From Elainellaceae cyanobacterium (lineage in GTDB: Bacteria > Cyanobacteriota > Cyanobacteriia > CAKZMO01): DNA of 64,000 bases. The stretch is from assembly GCA_050331615.1 (NCBI GenBank), contig JBHJGR010000003.1, forward strand, positions 2,515-66,514. Reading direction: 5' to 3'. Both the position numbers and the translations under genes were made by a program. Numbering within the stretch: position 1 is the stretch's first letter; every line of letters starts with the position of its first letter. Below the pieces are notes generated by a model. The model ran no database searches, had not been told where the DNA came from, and worked only from the letters and a program-made list of their open reading frames with translations. This document shows positions 37,415-46,576 of this stretch, in pieces.

Positions 37415-38116
37415 TTGGGGAAAATCCGCATTTGGGTACCAGCAGGCGTAGAGGCTGGGGTTGTTCGGCGACAGCTGGGGACATCTGAACCAGAACGGGT
37501 CATGGCCCTGCCGATGGGGGGGCAGGGGCGCGATCGCCTCCAACACTGTGTAACCGCCGCCGCTGCAGCCCTAGAGCCTGGGGAGCGGATTGTTCTGATG
37601 GGCCTAGGAGGTAGCCTGTCGCCGGATTACCGAGTGGGGGATGTGCTGATTTATCAGACCTGCATCCAGCTCAGTACAGGCGAGGAGCGGGCGGGCGATC
37701 GCCCCTTCAGTTCAGCCATTCAGTCCCAGTTGCGGGAGAAGCTGCCGAGACGGCGGGTGGACCTGATACGGGGATTGACGAGCGATCGCGTCATCTGGTC
37801 AGCCGCAGAGAAGCAGCATCTGGGACAGACTCACCAGGCCAGCGGGGTGGATATGGAGGGCTGGACAGTCCTAACTGCATTGGCACCGCGAGGAATTCCT
37901 ATAGCGATCGTGCGGGTGGTCAGCGACAGCTGTGGCGGGGACATTCCAAACGTGGGAGCCGCCATTGGCCCAGGCGGAACGTTCCAGCCGTGGCCTCTGG
38001 TTCGCCCACTGGTGCGTCAACCCGCTGGAGCGCTGCGGCTGATTCGAGGTTCCCTGGTGGGGCTGTGGGCACTGGGTCGGGTGGCGCAGGCGCTAACGGG
38101 ACGAGAGCAGCCGTAG
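37415..38116 (+). CDS. Nucleoside phosphorylase-family (PNP_UDP_1 / MTA-nucleosidase-like) protein
   Basis: 233 aa. It has a TTG start, and the N-terminal beta-strand KIRIWVPAGVEAG resembles the MTAN N-terminus. The motif GVDMEGW resembles the MTAN catalytic region. The 3' end overlaps the convergent ABC permease gene by 24 nt. Confidence 0.55.
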   Translation: MGKIRIWVPAGVEAGVVRRQLGTSEPERVMALPMGGQGRDRLQHCVTAAAAALEPGERIVLMGLGGSLSPDYRVGDVLIYQTCIQLSTGEERAGDRPFSSAIQSQLREKLPRRRVDLIRGLTSDRVIWSAAEKQHLGQTHQASGVDMEGWTVLTALAPRGIPIAIVRVVSDSCGGDIPNVGAAIGPGGTFQPWPLVRPLVRQPAGALRLIRGSLVGLWALGRVAQALTGREQP

Positions 38117-38731
38117 GTGGGGGCTGGCCCACCGTTCCAAAAGCAGAAATAAGCCATTTGCGGCAAAGGCCAATAGAGCAACGGCGATCGCCCCCGCCCA
38201 AATTTTGTCATAGCGCCCCGTCTGGGCAATGCCGTCGAACAGCAGGGTACCCAGCCCGCCTGCGCCAAACTTTGCGCCAATGGTGGCAATGGCGATCGCC
38301 ACGATGGCCGACAGCCTTACCCCTGCCAGGAAAACGGGCAGCACCAGCGGCACCTGCACCCACCACCACCGCTGCCAGCCGCTCATCCCCATACCCGTCG
38401 CCGCTTCCAGAATTGCCGGATCGATACCCTGGAGCCCGACCGTGAGGTTGCGCACCAAAATGACCTGAACATAGAGCACCATCGCCACCACCACCGAGGC
38501 GGCGTTGAGGCCAAACAGGGGAACCAGCAGAATGATGAGCGCCAGACTGGGAATAGTGTAAATCACTCCCAGCGTTCCCAGCACCGGGACGGTGAGCCAG
38601 CGGAACTGCAGCACCAGCAGCGAGAGGGGCACGGCCAGGAGGATGGCGATCGCCAGAGTCAGGCCCGTCATTTGCAGATGCTCCACCAGGTATGTGAAGA
38701 CTTCGCCAAGGTTGTCAATGAGGTAAAGCAT
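38093..38731 (-). CDS. ABC transporter permease subunit (OpuBB/ProW-like osmoprotectant-type, binding-protein-dependent inner-membrane component)
   Basis: 212 aa with an ATG start. The EAA-like loop reads AILEAATGMGMSGWQRWWWVQVPL, and there are 5-6 transmembrane helices. No ATPase or substrate-binding-protein gene is adjacent. Confidence 0.78.
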   Translation of the reverse strand: MLYLIDNLGEVFTYLVEHLQMTGLTLAIAILLAVPLSLLVLQFRWLTVPVLGTLGVIYTIPSLALIILLVPLFGLNAASVVVAMVLYVQVILVRNLTVGLQGIDPAILEAATGMGMSGWQRWWWVQVPLVLPVFLAGVRLSAIVAIAIATIGAKFGAGGLGTLLFDGIAQTGRYDKIWAGAIAVALLAFAANGLFLLLERWASPHLRLLSSR

Positions 38732-38823
38732 GGTGACCGGGTATGGGTTGGGCAGAGAAAATCATGCGGCTGGGTGAGCAGGGCAGAGGATTTGGGCTAT
38801 ACTCACATACTTTAGAGTGAAGG

Positions 38824-40578
38824 ATGAACAAGCCAAACTGGGGGCGTTTGATTAATCTGCCCGTCAATAGGCATCTGGGGAACGACTGGAGGATAAGCGT
38901 GATTAATCTTATGCTGCCGTTGATGGGCGCGATCGCCCGTCGTGCCAAATCAAAGTTTCTGCAACAAACGACCCAGGCCGACCGGGTCCAAACGGCGTTC
39001 CTGCGATCGCTGCTAGCGGCCCATCAGCCCACGGAATTTGGTCAGCTGCATCGCCTGGAGGAGATTCGCACGCTTGACCAGTTTCGGCAGCGACTGCCCG
39101 TTTCTACCTACCAAGACTTTTGGCCCTACATTGATCGCATGGCTAGCGGCGAAGCCAACATCCTCACCCCCGACCCGCTGGTCTTTATGAATATGACCAG
39201 CGGCTCCACCGGACCCAAGAAGCTGATTCCCGTGACGCGGCGATCGCGCCAGGCCATTTCCCAGGCTAATCGCACTGCCATGGGCTTCCTGTTCGATGCC
39301 GCCCGTCGTGAGGGAATTTCCCTCGGCAAAATGCTGTTCACCAGCTCCGCCAGCTCGATGGGCATCACCGCTGGCGGCATCGCCTATGGCCCCGTTAGCA
39401 CTAGCGACCTGCGCCTGCGTAACGTCTTTTCTCGCCAAATCTTTGCCTATCCCTTTGAAGTGCTGCAGGTGAGCGACAGCCCCTCTCGTCACTATTTGTG
39501 TCTGTTGTTTGCTCTGAGCCACCCCCACCTGCGGGTTATTAGCGCCACCTTTCCCGTCCTGGCCCTCCAGCTTGCCGACTATCTGGAGAAATACGCTGAG
39601 TCTTTAATCCAAGATCTGGAGACCGGGGAAATTGCCCCCTGGCTAGTGCTGTCTCCTGCCCAGCGGCTAAGGCTGGAGCGGCAGTGGTCCGCTGCTCCCC
39701 AGCGAGCGCGACAGCTCCGCGAGATTTTCCAGGCAGAGGGAACGCTGACGCCGCTGCTGGCCTGGCCGGGGCTGTCCTTTATGGTGACGGCTCGCGGCGG
39801 TACCTCTGACTTTTACTTTGAGCGATTTCCCAAGTACTTTGGCCATACTCCTATTTTTGGGGGGATCTATGCCTCGGCAGAGGCCACCTACGGTATCCAT
39901 CGCGACTTCAACACCGACAGTGTGCTGCTGGCCCTCAATAGCGGCTTCTACGAGTTCATTCCTGAGCACCAGTGGGAGACGACGAATCCTAAAACGGTGC
40001 TGCCCTGGGAAGTGACGCCGGGCGATCGCTACCGCATTGTGGTCACCAACTACAGCGGCTTCTATCGCTATGACGTGGGCGACGTAGTGGAGATAGACGG
40101 CTTTGAGGGCAATACGCCCCGCTTCACCTTTCGTCATCGCCGGGGGGGAGTCATCTCCTCTACCACAGAGAAAACAACTGAGTACCATGTGGTGCAGACG
40201 ATGCAGCGCCTCCAGCAGGAGTTTGCGGTTCAGCTTGAACAGTTCTGCATCACGCTGGCCGATGACCGGATTCCTGCGGCCTACCAGGTCAATATTGAGC
40301 TGGCTCCTGGCTCGCGCCTTGACCAGCCCGAGACGTTCCGCCAGCGGTTTGACGTCGTCCTCAAGGAGGTCAATGCCTCCTATGCCGTCAAGCGTCGTGA
40401 CCAGGTTCCTGATCCTCGTCTGCGGATTCTCGCATCGGGTAGCTTCGCTGCCCTGCGTCGGCGGATGATCCAGCAGGGCACGGTGGAGTCTCAAATCAAG
40501 TTTCCTTTAGTAACGGAGAATCGGACTTGGCTGACCGGGCTGCGAGTGGAGCACGAGATTAGGGCTGATGACTTATAG
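38824..40578 (+). CDS. GH3-family acyl-acid amido synthetase (adenylate-forming)
   Basis: 584 aa. The GH3 P-loop-like motif is TSGSTGPKKLIPVT, and the fold is colinear with plant GH3 and bacterial homologues. The true start may be the internal ATG at 38911. The stop codon TAG is contributed by the first bases of MITE copy 6. Confidence 0.8.
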   Translation: MNKPNWGRLINLPVNRHLGNDWRISVINLMLPLMGAIARRAKSKFLQQTTQADRVQTAFLRSLLAAHQPTEFGQLHRLEEIRTLDQFRQRLPVSTYQDFWPYIDRMASGEANILTPDPLVFMNMTSGSTGPKKLIPVTRRSRQAISQANRTAMGFLFDAARREGISLGKMLFTSSASSMGITAGGIAYGPVSTSDLRLRNVFSRQIFAYPFEVLQVSDSPSRHYLCLLFALSHPHLRVISATFPVLALQLADYLEKYAESLIQDLETGEIAPWLVLSPAQRLRLERQWSAAPQRARQLREIFQAEGTLTPLLAWPGLSFMVTARGGTSDFYFERFPKYFGHTPIFGGIYASAEATYGIHRDFNTDSVLLALNSGFYEFIPEHQWETTNPKTVLPWEVTPGDRYRIVVTNYSGFYRYDVGDVVEIDGFEGNTPRFTFRHRRGGVISSTTEKTTEYHVVQTMQRLQQEFAVQLEQFCITLADDRIPAAYQVNIELAPGSRLDQPETFRQRFDVVLKEVNASYAVKRRDQVPDPRLRILASGSFAALRRRMIQQGTVESQIKFPLVTENRTWLTGLRVEHEIRADDL

Positions 40579-40668
40579 CCCTACGGGCTAAGGTTTGAGT
40601 GTGGAACCTCCGTGACGTGGGGGTTCCACACCGCCTGAATGTTCTGACGCGAAAGCATAGCGCCATAC
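40575..40668 (+). repeat. MITE/REP-like element, copy 6 (overlaps the GH3 stop codon)
   Basis: tatagccctacgggctaaggtttgagtgtggaacctccgtgacgtgggggttccacaccgcctgaatgttctgacgcgaaagcatagcgccatac. Confidence 0.85.
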
Positions 40669-40885
40669 GCCTGATCTCAAAACCAAAACCTCGGAACTTA
40701 AAACTTCCTTAAGATATCCTGATCAAACAGAAGGAAGCTGCCCCTGCGGCTGATGAGGTTACACACTGGTTCTGGTTAAATAGAGCACCATGAAAGATTT
40801 GAAGCAGCCATAGCGGTCCGAGTTCCAGTGCCCCACAACCCAGATTCATCCTGGGCGATCGCCCCAGCGACAATACCGTATCAGC

Positions 40886-41089
40886 ATGTCTCAAGCCGTT
40901 ACACGGGTAATTTTGGCTGCCGGTATGGTTGGGGCAGGGGCTGGCTTCTCCCAGTCTGAACGATTGTTGCGGTCTGTCGAGCAAATGGGCGGACTGGGTA
41001 TTGTGACATATGTTGGGATTTTAGCGATCGCCATTGTCATTGGGTCGTGGAGAACTCAGCGCCATCGCTGGCAGGTTTATAGGGTTTAG
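40886..41089 (+). CDS. Hypothetical small membrane protein (67 aa), weak call
   Basis: ATG start with two hydrophobic segments. It lies 35 bp upstream of the TamB-like gene. Confidence 0.25.
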   Translation: MSQAVTRVILAAGMVGAGAGFSQSERLLRSVEQMGGLGIVTYVGILAIAIVIGSWRTQRHRWQVYRV

Positions 41090-41126
41090 TGCATCTGGAC
41101 TAGGAAGTGGTACGTAAACAACCGAT

Positions 41127-44100
41127 ATGAGAATTCCAGGGATGACTCAAGGGCAATTAGCACGGTTAGCCAACTGGCACCACTGGCAGCGGGTGCTGCA
41201 GGCCGGACTGTGGCTGGGTGGCCTCACGACCCTCGTTGGCGGGCTGGGGGCAATGTATGGCATGAGGTACGTTCAGCAGCATCTAGCCCCAACGGTGGCC
41301 CAGGACCTCAGCGAAACCCTCGATCGCCCAGTTGTATTGGGGGAGGTGAAAGCCATTCGCCCAACGGCTATTCGTCTGGGAGCGTCCTCCATTCCACCCA
41401 CGGCCACCGATGCCGATACGATGCACGTTACCGGGGTGACGGTGGGATTTTCGCCCCTGGATGTGCTGGATGGCACCATCGGCCTAGTGGTCACCCTGGA
41501 GCAGCCCACTGTCTATCTAGACCAGAACGATGGGGGAGATTGGCTAGAAACCGACCTGCCCCCCCGCTCGGAAGATGCGGTAGACATCAGCCAGATTCGT
41601 CTGCGCAACGCCACTATTGAGATGCGGCCCTATGCTACCGAGCAGTCAGTGACGCTACAAAACCTGTCTGCATCCCTACGACTCGACCATCCAACCCAGC
41701 CGCTGCAGTTCTGGGTGCGGGGCCAAACCGAGCAGGGGGGGCGGTTTCGCTGGGTTGGCAGGATTTTAGATGCCGGTGCTATAAATGCCTGGGTGCGGCT
41801 CAAGTCGGTGGCGATCGCCTCCCTCTCGCCCTTGCTGCCCCCCGAAGTTCAGGTAGAGTCGGGCCAGCTTAGCGGACGGGTCCACATTACCCACCATCCT
41901 GACCAGCCCATCGCCCTCAAGGGGTGGGCCAACCTGCGGGACGGGGCGGCCTGGGTAGACGGGGAACCCAACCCCTTCACCCACACGGGCGGACGACTCC
42001 AGTTTGCCGATCAGACAGTTCGCATCGTCCGGGGGCAAACCCAGTACGGCAAAATTCCCTTCGCGGTGGGTGGTACCATCCATCTGCAGGATGGGCTAGA
42101 CCTACAGGCCCAGGTCAAGGCAGTGAGCGTGCCGGACTTTATGGAAACCTTTGACCTCTCCCTGCCGGTCCCCGCTGAAGGAGCCCTCGGCACAGACAAC
42201 CTCACGGTATCGGGGCCGTTTGATCAAGTCATTTTTGCCGGAACGGTTTACGACACCCGCCCCGTGCAAATCGATCGCGTTCCCCTGGCATCGGTCCGCA
42301 CTGAATTTACCTTGAACAAAGGCACTGACGAGCTGCGGCTGTTTGATACCGAGTTTGCCCTCGCCGCTGGGGGCAGCGTTGCGGGTGGAGCCGAGATTCA
42401 GCTCGGAGATATTGACGATGCGGTCATCCGGCTGGCCATGCGACAGGTGTCGGCAGATGCGATCGCCCAAACCTACGACCTAGCCGTCCCCGCATCTCTG
42501 GGTAACGTAGAAGCCGATGCCCGCGTGGTGATCACAGAGGCGGGCCTCACCGCCGACGGTCAGTGGCAGCTTGGGGGGGGCACCTATCCCGCCCAGGGCA
42601 ACCTCCAGGTGAGCGAAGACGGTCTGTACCTGCGGGATGGGGTAATTCAGGTGGCCGACAGCCGAGTCGCGGTGGAGGGCACGGTGCGGGATGGAGACTG
42701 GTCAGCCACGGTGCGCACCTCACCCCTGCCCCTGGCCCAGTTTGCGCCAGAGCTGCCCGGCACCGCCCAGGGCGAGATGACCCTTTCCGGTAGCCTGGCT
42801 CAGCTCGACTTAGCAGAGATGCGGGCGACGGGCGACGTCAAATTGACCCACCTGTCCCCAGACTGGCCCCACCCGATTGACGCTTCGCTGGCCTGGGATG
42901 GCGATCGCCTCCAGGTCAAGCACGCCACTAGTGTCGGGCTCTCTGCCGCCGGCTGGGTTGCGGCGGACTGGGCGGCGGACTCTCCCATCTCGGCTCTGGA
43001 CCTCACGCTGCAGCTTCCCGATTACGACCTGGCGACGCTGCCCATCGACCTGCCCGCTGGCGCATCCTTGACCGGACGCACCCAGCTCATTGCCCGCGTC
43101 ACGGGTACACCCGCCACGCCTCAGGTCAACGGCGACCTCCAGGTGCAGAACCTGGCGGTGAATGGGGCGATCGCCTTCGATCCTCACCTAGATGGCTCTC
43201 TCAGCCTCCACCCTGACCGGGGACTCATGCTCAACCTGACCGGAGCGCGGGACCAGATCAGCCTGGCGATGGCCTCGGCTGAGCAAATTGAGTTTGGCCT
43301 GCAGCGCGATCGCGCCCAGCTGGAGGGCACCCTCACCGGTACTCAGCTAACCGCCACGGTGCAACACCTCCCCCTGGAGCTGATTGCCGATGGGCTCATC
43401 CCCAGCGCCCAAGTCCCTGCTGCTCTCGATCCAGAAACCTGGAGCGGCGTGCTATCGGGACGCCTGACGGCTGACCTGGCTGAAGCGACCCCTCCCCGCC
43501 TGTGGGCCGAGGTGGCGATCGCCCAACCCCGCTTTGGGCCTCTGAGTGCAGCACTGGCGGAGCGGCACCAGCAGGACCAGATTGTGGGCCAGGTCCACTA
43601 TGCTGATGGCCAGGTGCAAATCCGCCAGGGAGAGGTGCGGTTTGGGGAGAGCCGCTTCCAGGTCGCTGGGGACGTGCCCCTCCACCGCTGGGAAGATGCC
43701 ACCGGTCAGATCGACATCGCCAGCGCTCAAGTTCAGGACCTGCTCACGGCTCTGCAGTGGCTGCCCTCCGAATCCGCCGCGCCCATGCCGGTTCAGGCAT
43801 TTGTCTCCCCCAACCCGGCTCCTGAGGACGTGGAGCTGCCCTGGGTAGACAACGCCGCCCAGTCGATGCGGGGTGAGCTAACGGGCAGGATTCGGCGATC
43901 GCCCCAGGCCGACAGTCCCACCGCTCTCACCACCTTCGACTTGCAGGGCCACGACTGGCGCTGGGGCGGCTATGGGATTGAGCAGATTGAACTAGCTGAG
44001 GGGCAGTTTGACGGGACGCACGTGAGCGTGCCCCTGCTGCGGCTAGCGGGGGCCGTGTATGACGGGCAGGGGAATGGGTGGCGATCGCCCGATGCTTCCC

Positions 44101-44933
44101 TCACCCTGGCCCTAGACAGCGCGGAGCAAACGGGTGCCCTCCGGGTTGCCGATATTCCCCTGGCCCTGCTGGGGCAGATGATGGAGCTATCGGATGTGGG
44201 CGGCGAACTCAATCTCAGGGCCACTTGGCAGGGCGATTGGCTAGAGCCGCAGATGGCCGGGAACGTGACCTTACAAAACCCTCGCCTGGGGAGACTGGGC
44301 ACTCCTCGCATGCAGGTCGGCTTTGGCTACCAGGGCAATCACCTGCGGGTGGGCCAATGGTCCGACGGCGGCACCGTGCGGGAACTGCTAGCGGTGGGGC
44401 GAATTCATCTGCCCTTTCGCGACCCACTGCCGCCCACTCAGGAAGCTGCGATGGTGGCTACCCTATCTCTACCTAGTCAGCCCCAAACTGGCATCGAGCC
44501 ACAGGGAGCGGAGCAGGTAATTTTCCATCACGGGCTGATTCAGCCATCGTTTGCGGTGGCCGACCTCCACGAGTTTGTGGCGACCGGGGAGGTGCCAGAC
44601 GGCTGGAGTTTGTATCTGGCGATCGCCGACCTGGAACCCGAAGCCCTCCACGCCCTGCTCACCCAGGAAATTGCCGTCAACCTCGGTATTGCTGACCACT
44701 TGCTCAACTCCGCTATGGGAGAACAGCTCCTGACCTACGTGGGGCAGGTGATCCACACTCCCTCACGGCAGGCTAATGTCCAGGCCCTGCGCTCGGCCCT
44801 GGTGCTGGCGGCTCAAGACGATGCCCGCCTGTCGCTGCTGGAGGTGCTGGACCACTATCCCCACGCCGAAATTCACGTCGATATCAGTCAGCTAGTGAGC
44901 CTCATCAAGGCAATGGAGGCGGCGACCCAATAG
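41127..44933 (+). CDS. Very large TamB/AsmA-like envelope protein with an N-terminal membrane anchor
   Basis: 1268 aa with an ATG start. The N-terminal transmembrane helix is AGLWLGGLTTLVGGLGAMYGM. The remainder is a long beta-rich region with repeated ...GxxxLxG.../DGxLxL motifs, typical of TamB/DUF490/AsmA-2 proteins. The assignment is from composition and architecture, not from a catalytic motif. Confidence 0.55.
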   Translation: MRIPGMTQGQLARLANWHHWQRVLQAGLWLGGLTTLVGGLGAMYGMRYVQQHLAPTVAQDLSETLDRPVVLGEVKAIRPTAIRLGASSIPPTATDADTMHVTGVTVGFSPLDVLDGTIGLVVTLEQPTVYLDQNDGGDWLETDLPPRSEDAVDISQIRLRNATIEMRPYATEQSVTLQNLSASLRLDHPTQPLQFWVRGQTEQGGRFRWVGRILDAGAINAWVRLKSVAIASLSPLLPPEVQVESGQLSGRVHITHHPDQPIALKGWANLRDGAAWVDGEPNPFTHTGGRLQFADQTVRIVRGQTQYGKIPFAVGGTIHLQDGLDLQAQVKAVSVPDFMETFDLSLPVPAEGALGTDNLTVSGPFDQVIFAGTVYDTRPVQIDRVPLASVRTEFTLNKGTDELRLFDTEFALAAGGSVAGGAEIQLGDIDDAVIRLAMRQVSADAIAQTYDLAVPASLGNVEADARVVITEAGLTADGQWQLGGGTYPAQGNLQVSEDGLYLRDGVIQVADSRVAVEGTVRDGDWSATVRTSPLPLAQFAPELPGTAQGEMTLSGSLAQLDLAEMRATGDVKLTHLSPDWPHPIDASLAWDGDRLQVKHATSVGLSAAGWVAADWAADSPISALDLTLQLPDYDLATLPIDLPAGASLTGRTQLIARVTGTPATPQVNGDLQVQNLAVNGAIAFDPHLDGSLSLHPDRGLMLNLTGARDQISLAMASAEQIEFGLQRDRAQLEGTLTGTQLTATVQHLPLELIADGLIPSAQVPAALDPETWSGVLSGRLTADLAEATPPRLWAEVAIAQPRFGPLSAALAERHQQDQIVGQVHYADGQVQIRQGEVRFGESRFQVAGDVPLHRWEDATGQIDIASAQVQDLLTALQWLPSESAAPMPVQAFVSPNPAPEDVELPWVDNAAQSMRGELTGRIRRSPQADSPTALTTFDLQGHDWRWGGYGIEQIELAEGQFDGTHVSVPLLRLAGAVYDGQGNGWRSPDASLTLALDSAEQTGALRVADIPLALLGQMMELSDVGGELNLRATWQGDWLEPQMAGNVTLQNPRLGRLGTPRMQVGFGYQGNHLRVGQWSDGGTVRELLAVGRIHLPFRDPLPPTQEAAMVATLSLPSQPQTGIEPQGAEQVIFHHGLIQPSFAVADLHEFVATGEVPDGWSLYLAIADLEPEALHALLTQEIAVNLGIADHLLNSAMGEQLLTYVGQVIHTPSRQANVQALRSALVLAAQDDARLSLLEVLDHYPHAEIHVDISQLVSLIKAMEAATQ

Positions 44934-44972
44934 GGTGTTGCAGATTGTCGCGATCGCGGATTGGGGCAGAGG

Positions 44973-45066
44973 TATAGCCCTACGGGCTGAGGTTTGAGTG
45001 TGGACCCCGCGTCGCGGGGGGGGCACACCGCTTGAATGTCCTAACGCGAAAGCGTAACGCCATAGA
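44973..45066 (+). repeat. MITE/REP-like element, copy 7
   Basis: tatagccctacgggctgaggtttgagtgtggaccccgcgtcgcggggggggcacaccgcttgaatgtcctaacgcgaaagcgtaacgccatag. Confidence 0.85.
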
Positions 45067-45106
45067 CTGGCAAATAGCCAGTTGCCCCTGCGGCGGGGAT
45101 TGGTGC

Positions 45107-45622
45107 TCAGCCCGGCGAGACGCGCTTTTTGCCGTTGCGGGATTGACGACGGGCTGTGTGGGCAGTCATCGCTTCATCTGCTGCAGCAGACTCCAGGGCA
45201 TATACCTCCACCATCAGGGATTCTTGTACTCCCGCAATCAGCGCTGGGCCTCCGGGGGCACCCACCCGCAGCAGGGCCCCCAGGTGGTAGACCGTGCCGG
45301 GAGTCAGACCAGCTTCTCCGGGTGACTCCACCAGATGCTCCAGCCGGTAGGACGAAACGCTGGCGATCGCCTCCTCACTGACCAGACCTAGGTCGAGGGT
45401 CCCCCCGGCAATCACTGGCTTGGCGTAAAACTCGACACAAATTTGGGGCTGGAGCCGCAGTAGGGCGATCGCCCCCGTCCCCAGAAAGTCCACCGTGACC
45501 GCAAGGGTAAAGGGATAGTCGAGGGATAGGGTGGAAGTGGCTTCGCCGGAGGAGTGGGCGATCGCGCTGAGGTTAGCCAGACGGCAGCGAATCGGGAGAA
45601 TGGGAAAATCTGCCTCGTGCAT
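45107..45622 (-). CDS. Hypothetical protein (about 171 aa), family not recognised
   Basis: First ATG at 45622 (MHEADFPILPIRCRLANL...). The track extension to a TTG at 45775 adds only a low-complexity N-terminus. Codon usage is host-like. It is divergent from the tandem paralogue pair. Confidence 0.5.
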   Translation of the reverse strand: MHEADFPILPIRCRLANLSAIAHSSGEATSTLSLDYPFTLAVTVDFLGTGAIALLRLQPQICVEFYAKPVIAGGTLDLGLVSEEAIASVSSYRLEHLVESPGEAGLTPGTVYHLGALLRVGAPGGPALIAGVQESLMVEVYALESAAADEAMTAHTARRQSRNGKKRVSPG

Positions 45623-45865
45623 AGCGGCAAAACCTACTGCGGCAAAACCTGCGGCGACGGTGGGGCTTTCACCTGCAAAGGAAAATGGCGAAATGAAAGA
45701 GTACCCAGTCTGGGTACTGCCAGCCCCCCGACCGGTCTGACATGATGTGAACAGTTGAAGGAGCGAGAGCGGCAAGCGAGAAAGCCAAATCCAGCAACCG
45801 TTTCGCCCCCTTTCAACAGGTTCAAACCCTTAGTCAACCGTTCATTAGCTACAAGGACTTCCATT

Positions 45866-46414
45866 ATGGCAGATACAGCATCTATCCAGAAAGTCGGTCA
45901 GCAAATTCCCGTTCAGATCGGCGGCACTGAAACCTACTCCAAAAACGTTCTGGGTCCGGTTTCCTTCACCCTCTGTAACCTGCAAATCCGTGGGCTGGCA
46001 GGTGAGCCTGCGCTACCCAAGGATGTTGCCCCGGCTCAATCTCCCTACATCATCGCCACCAACGAGCAGTTCGAAGTCAGTGTTGACATCGAGTTCAACT
46101 CCAGCCCGCTTACCCGTCTGCTGCTCTGCCTGGGCACCAAGATGACGGTTTGCTTCTCCTTCGAGGGCGTCGGTGCCAAGGCCGTTGAAATCGACCTGGA
46201 AGAGATGATGACCAGCGAGAAGGATGTCTTCAAGTACACCCTGACCTGGGAAGGCACCCCTGACACGGCCGGCCTGACTGCTGGCTTCTACGGCATCGCT
46301 GCCGTTGCCACCATCGGCCCCGTTGAGCACCCCTGCGCACCCAAGTGTGCCATGGGCTTCGGCTACATCGCTGGCCTGCTGCTCCAGGTTTACGACGCTT
46401 TCGAAGCGCACTAA
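45866..46414 (+). CDS. Tandem paralogue A of an unrecognised ~181-aa protein family
   Basis: ATG at 45866 (MADTASIQKVGQQIPVQIGGTETYSKN...) with AAGGA upstream. The track ORF start at 45755 is a spurious N-terminal extension. It is about 85% identical to the downstream paralogue. Conserved Cys residues fall in CNL, CLG, CFSF and PCAPKC contexts. Confidence 0.7.
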   Translation: MADTASIQKVGQQIPVQIGGTETYSKNVLGPVSFTLCNLQIRGLAGEPALPKDVAPAQSPYIIATNEQFEVSVDIEFNSSPLTRLLLCLGTKMTVCFSFEGVGAKAVEIDLEEMMTSEKDVFKYTLTWEGTPDTAGLTAGFYGIAAVATIGPVEHPCAPKCAMGFGYIAGLLLQVYDAFEAH

Positions 46415-46434
46415 ACCCGGCAGTTTAGTCTCCC

Positions 46435-46463
46435 TTAGGGGCGAATAGCTATTTGCCCCTACC
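46435..46463. terminator. Hairpin family 2 copy (TAGGGGCGAATAGCTATTTGCCCCTA) between the tandem paralogues
   Basis: Palindrome read directly. Confidence 0.45.
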
Positions 46464-46576
46464 TTGACCCTGCGGGGTTGCATCGGTCGGCCCCGCTGGT
46501 TCTCTCCTGCTGACACTTCAGCCTATCTATTCGATTTGTTCACCTAGTCAATTTACCCATCACGAGGACTTCAACC

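Noticed and set aside
45032-45325. ORFs beginning MNVLTRKRNAI..., also at 13038-13271(-), 18078-18320(+) and 32078-32533(+)
   Set aside because: All start inside MITE copies. The shared peptide is an artefact of the repeated DNA, and each is out of frame or antisense to the real neighbouring genes.
45755-45865. N-terminal 37-codon extension of tandem paralogue A in the track ORF
   Set aside because: The extension has no counterpart in paralogue B. The ATG at 45866 aligns exactly with paralogue B's start and has its own AAGGA.
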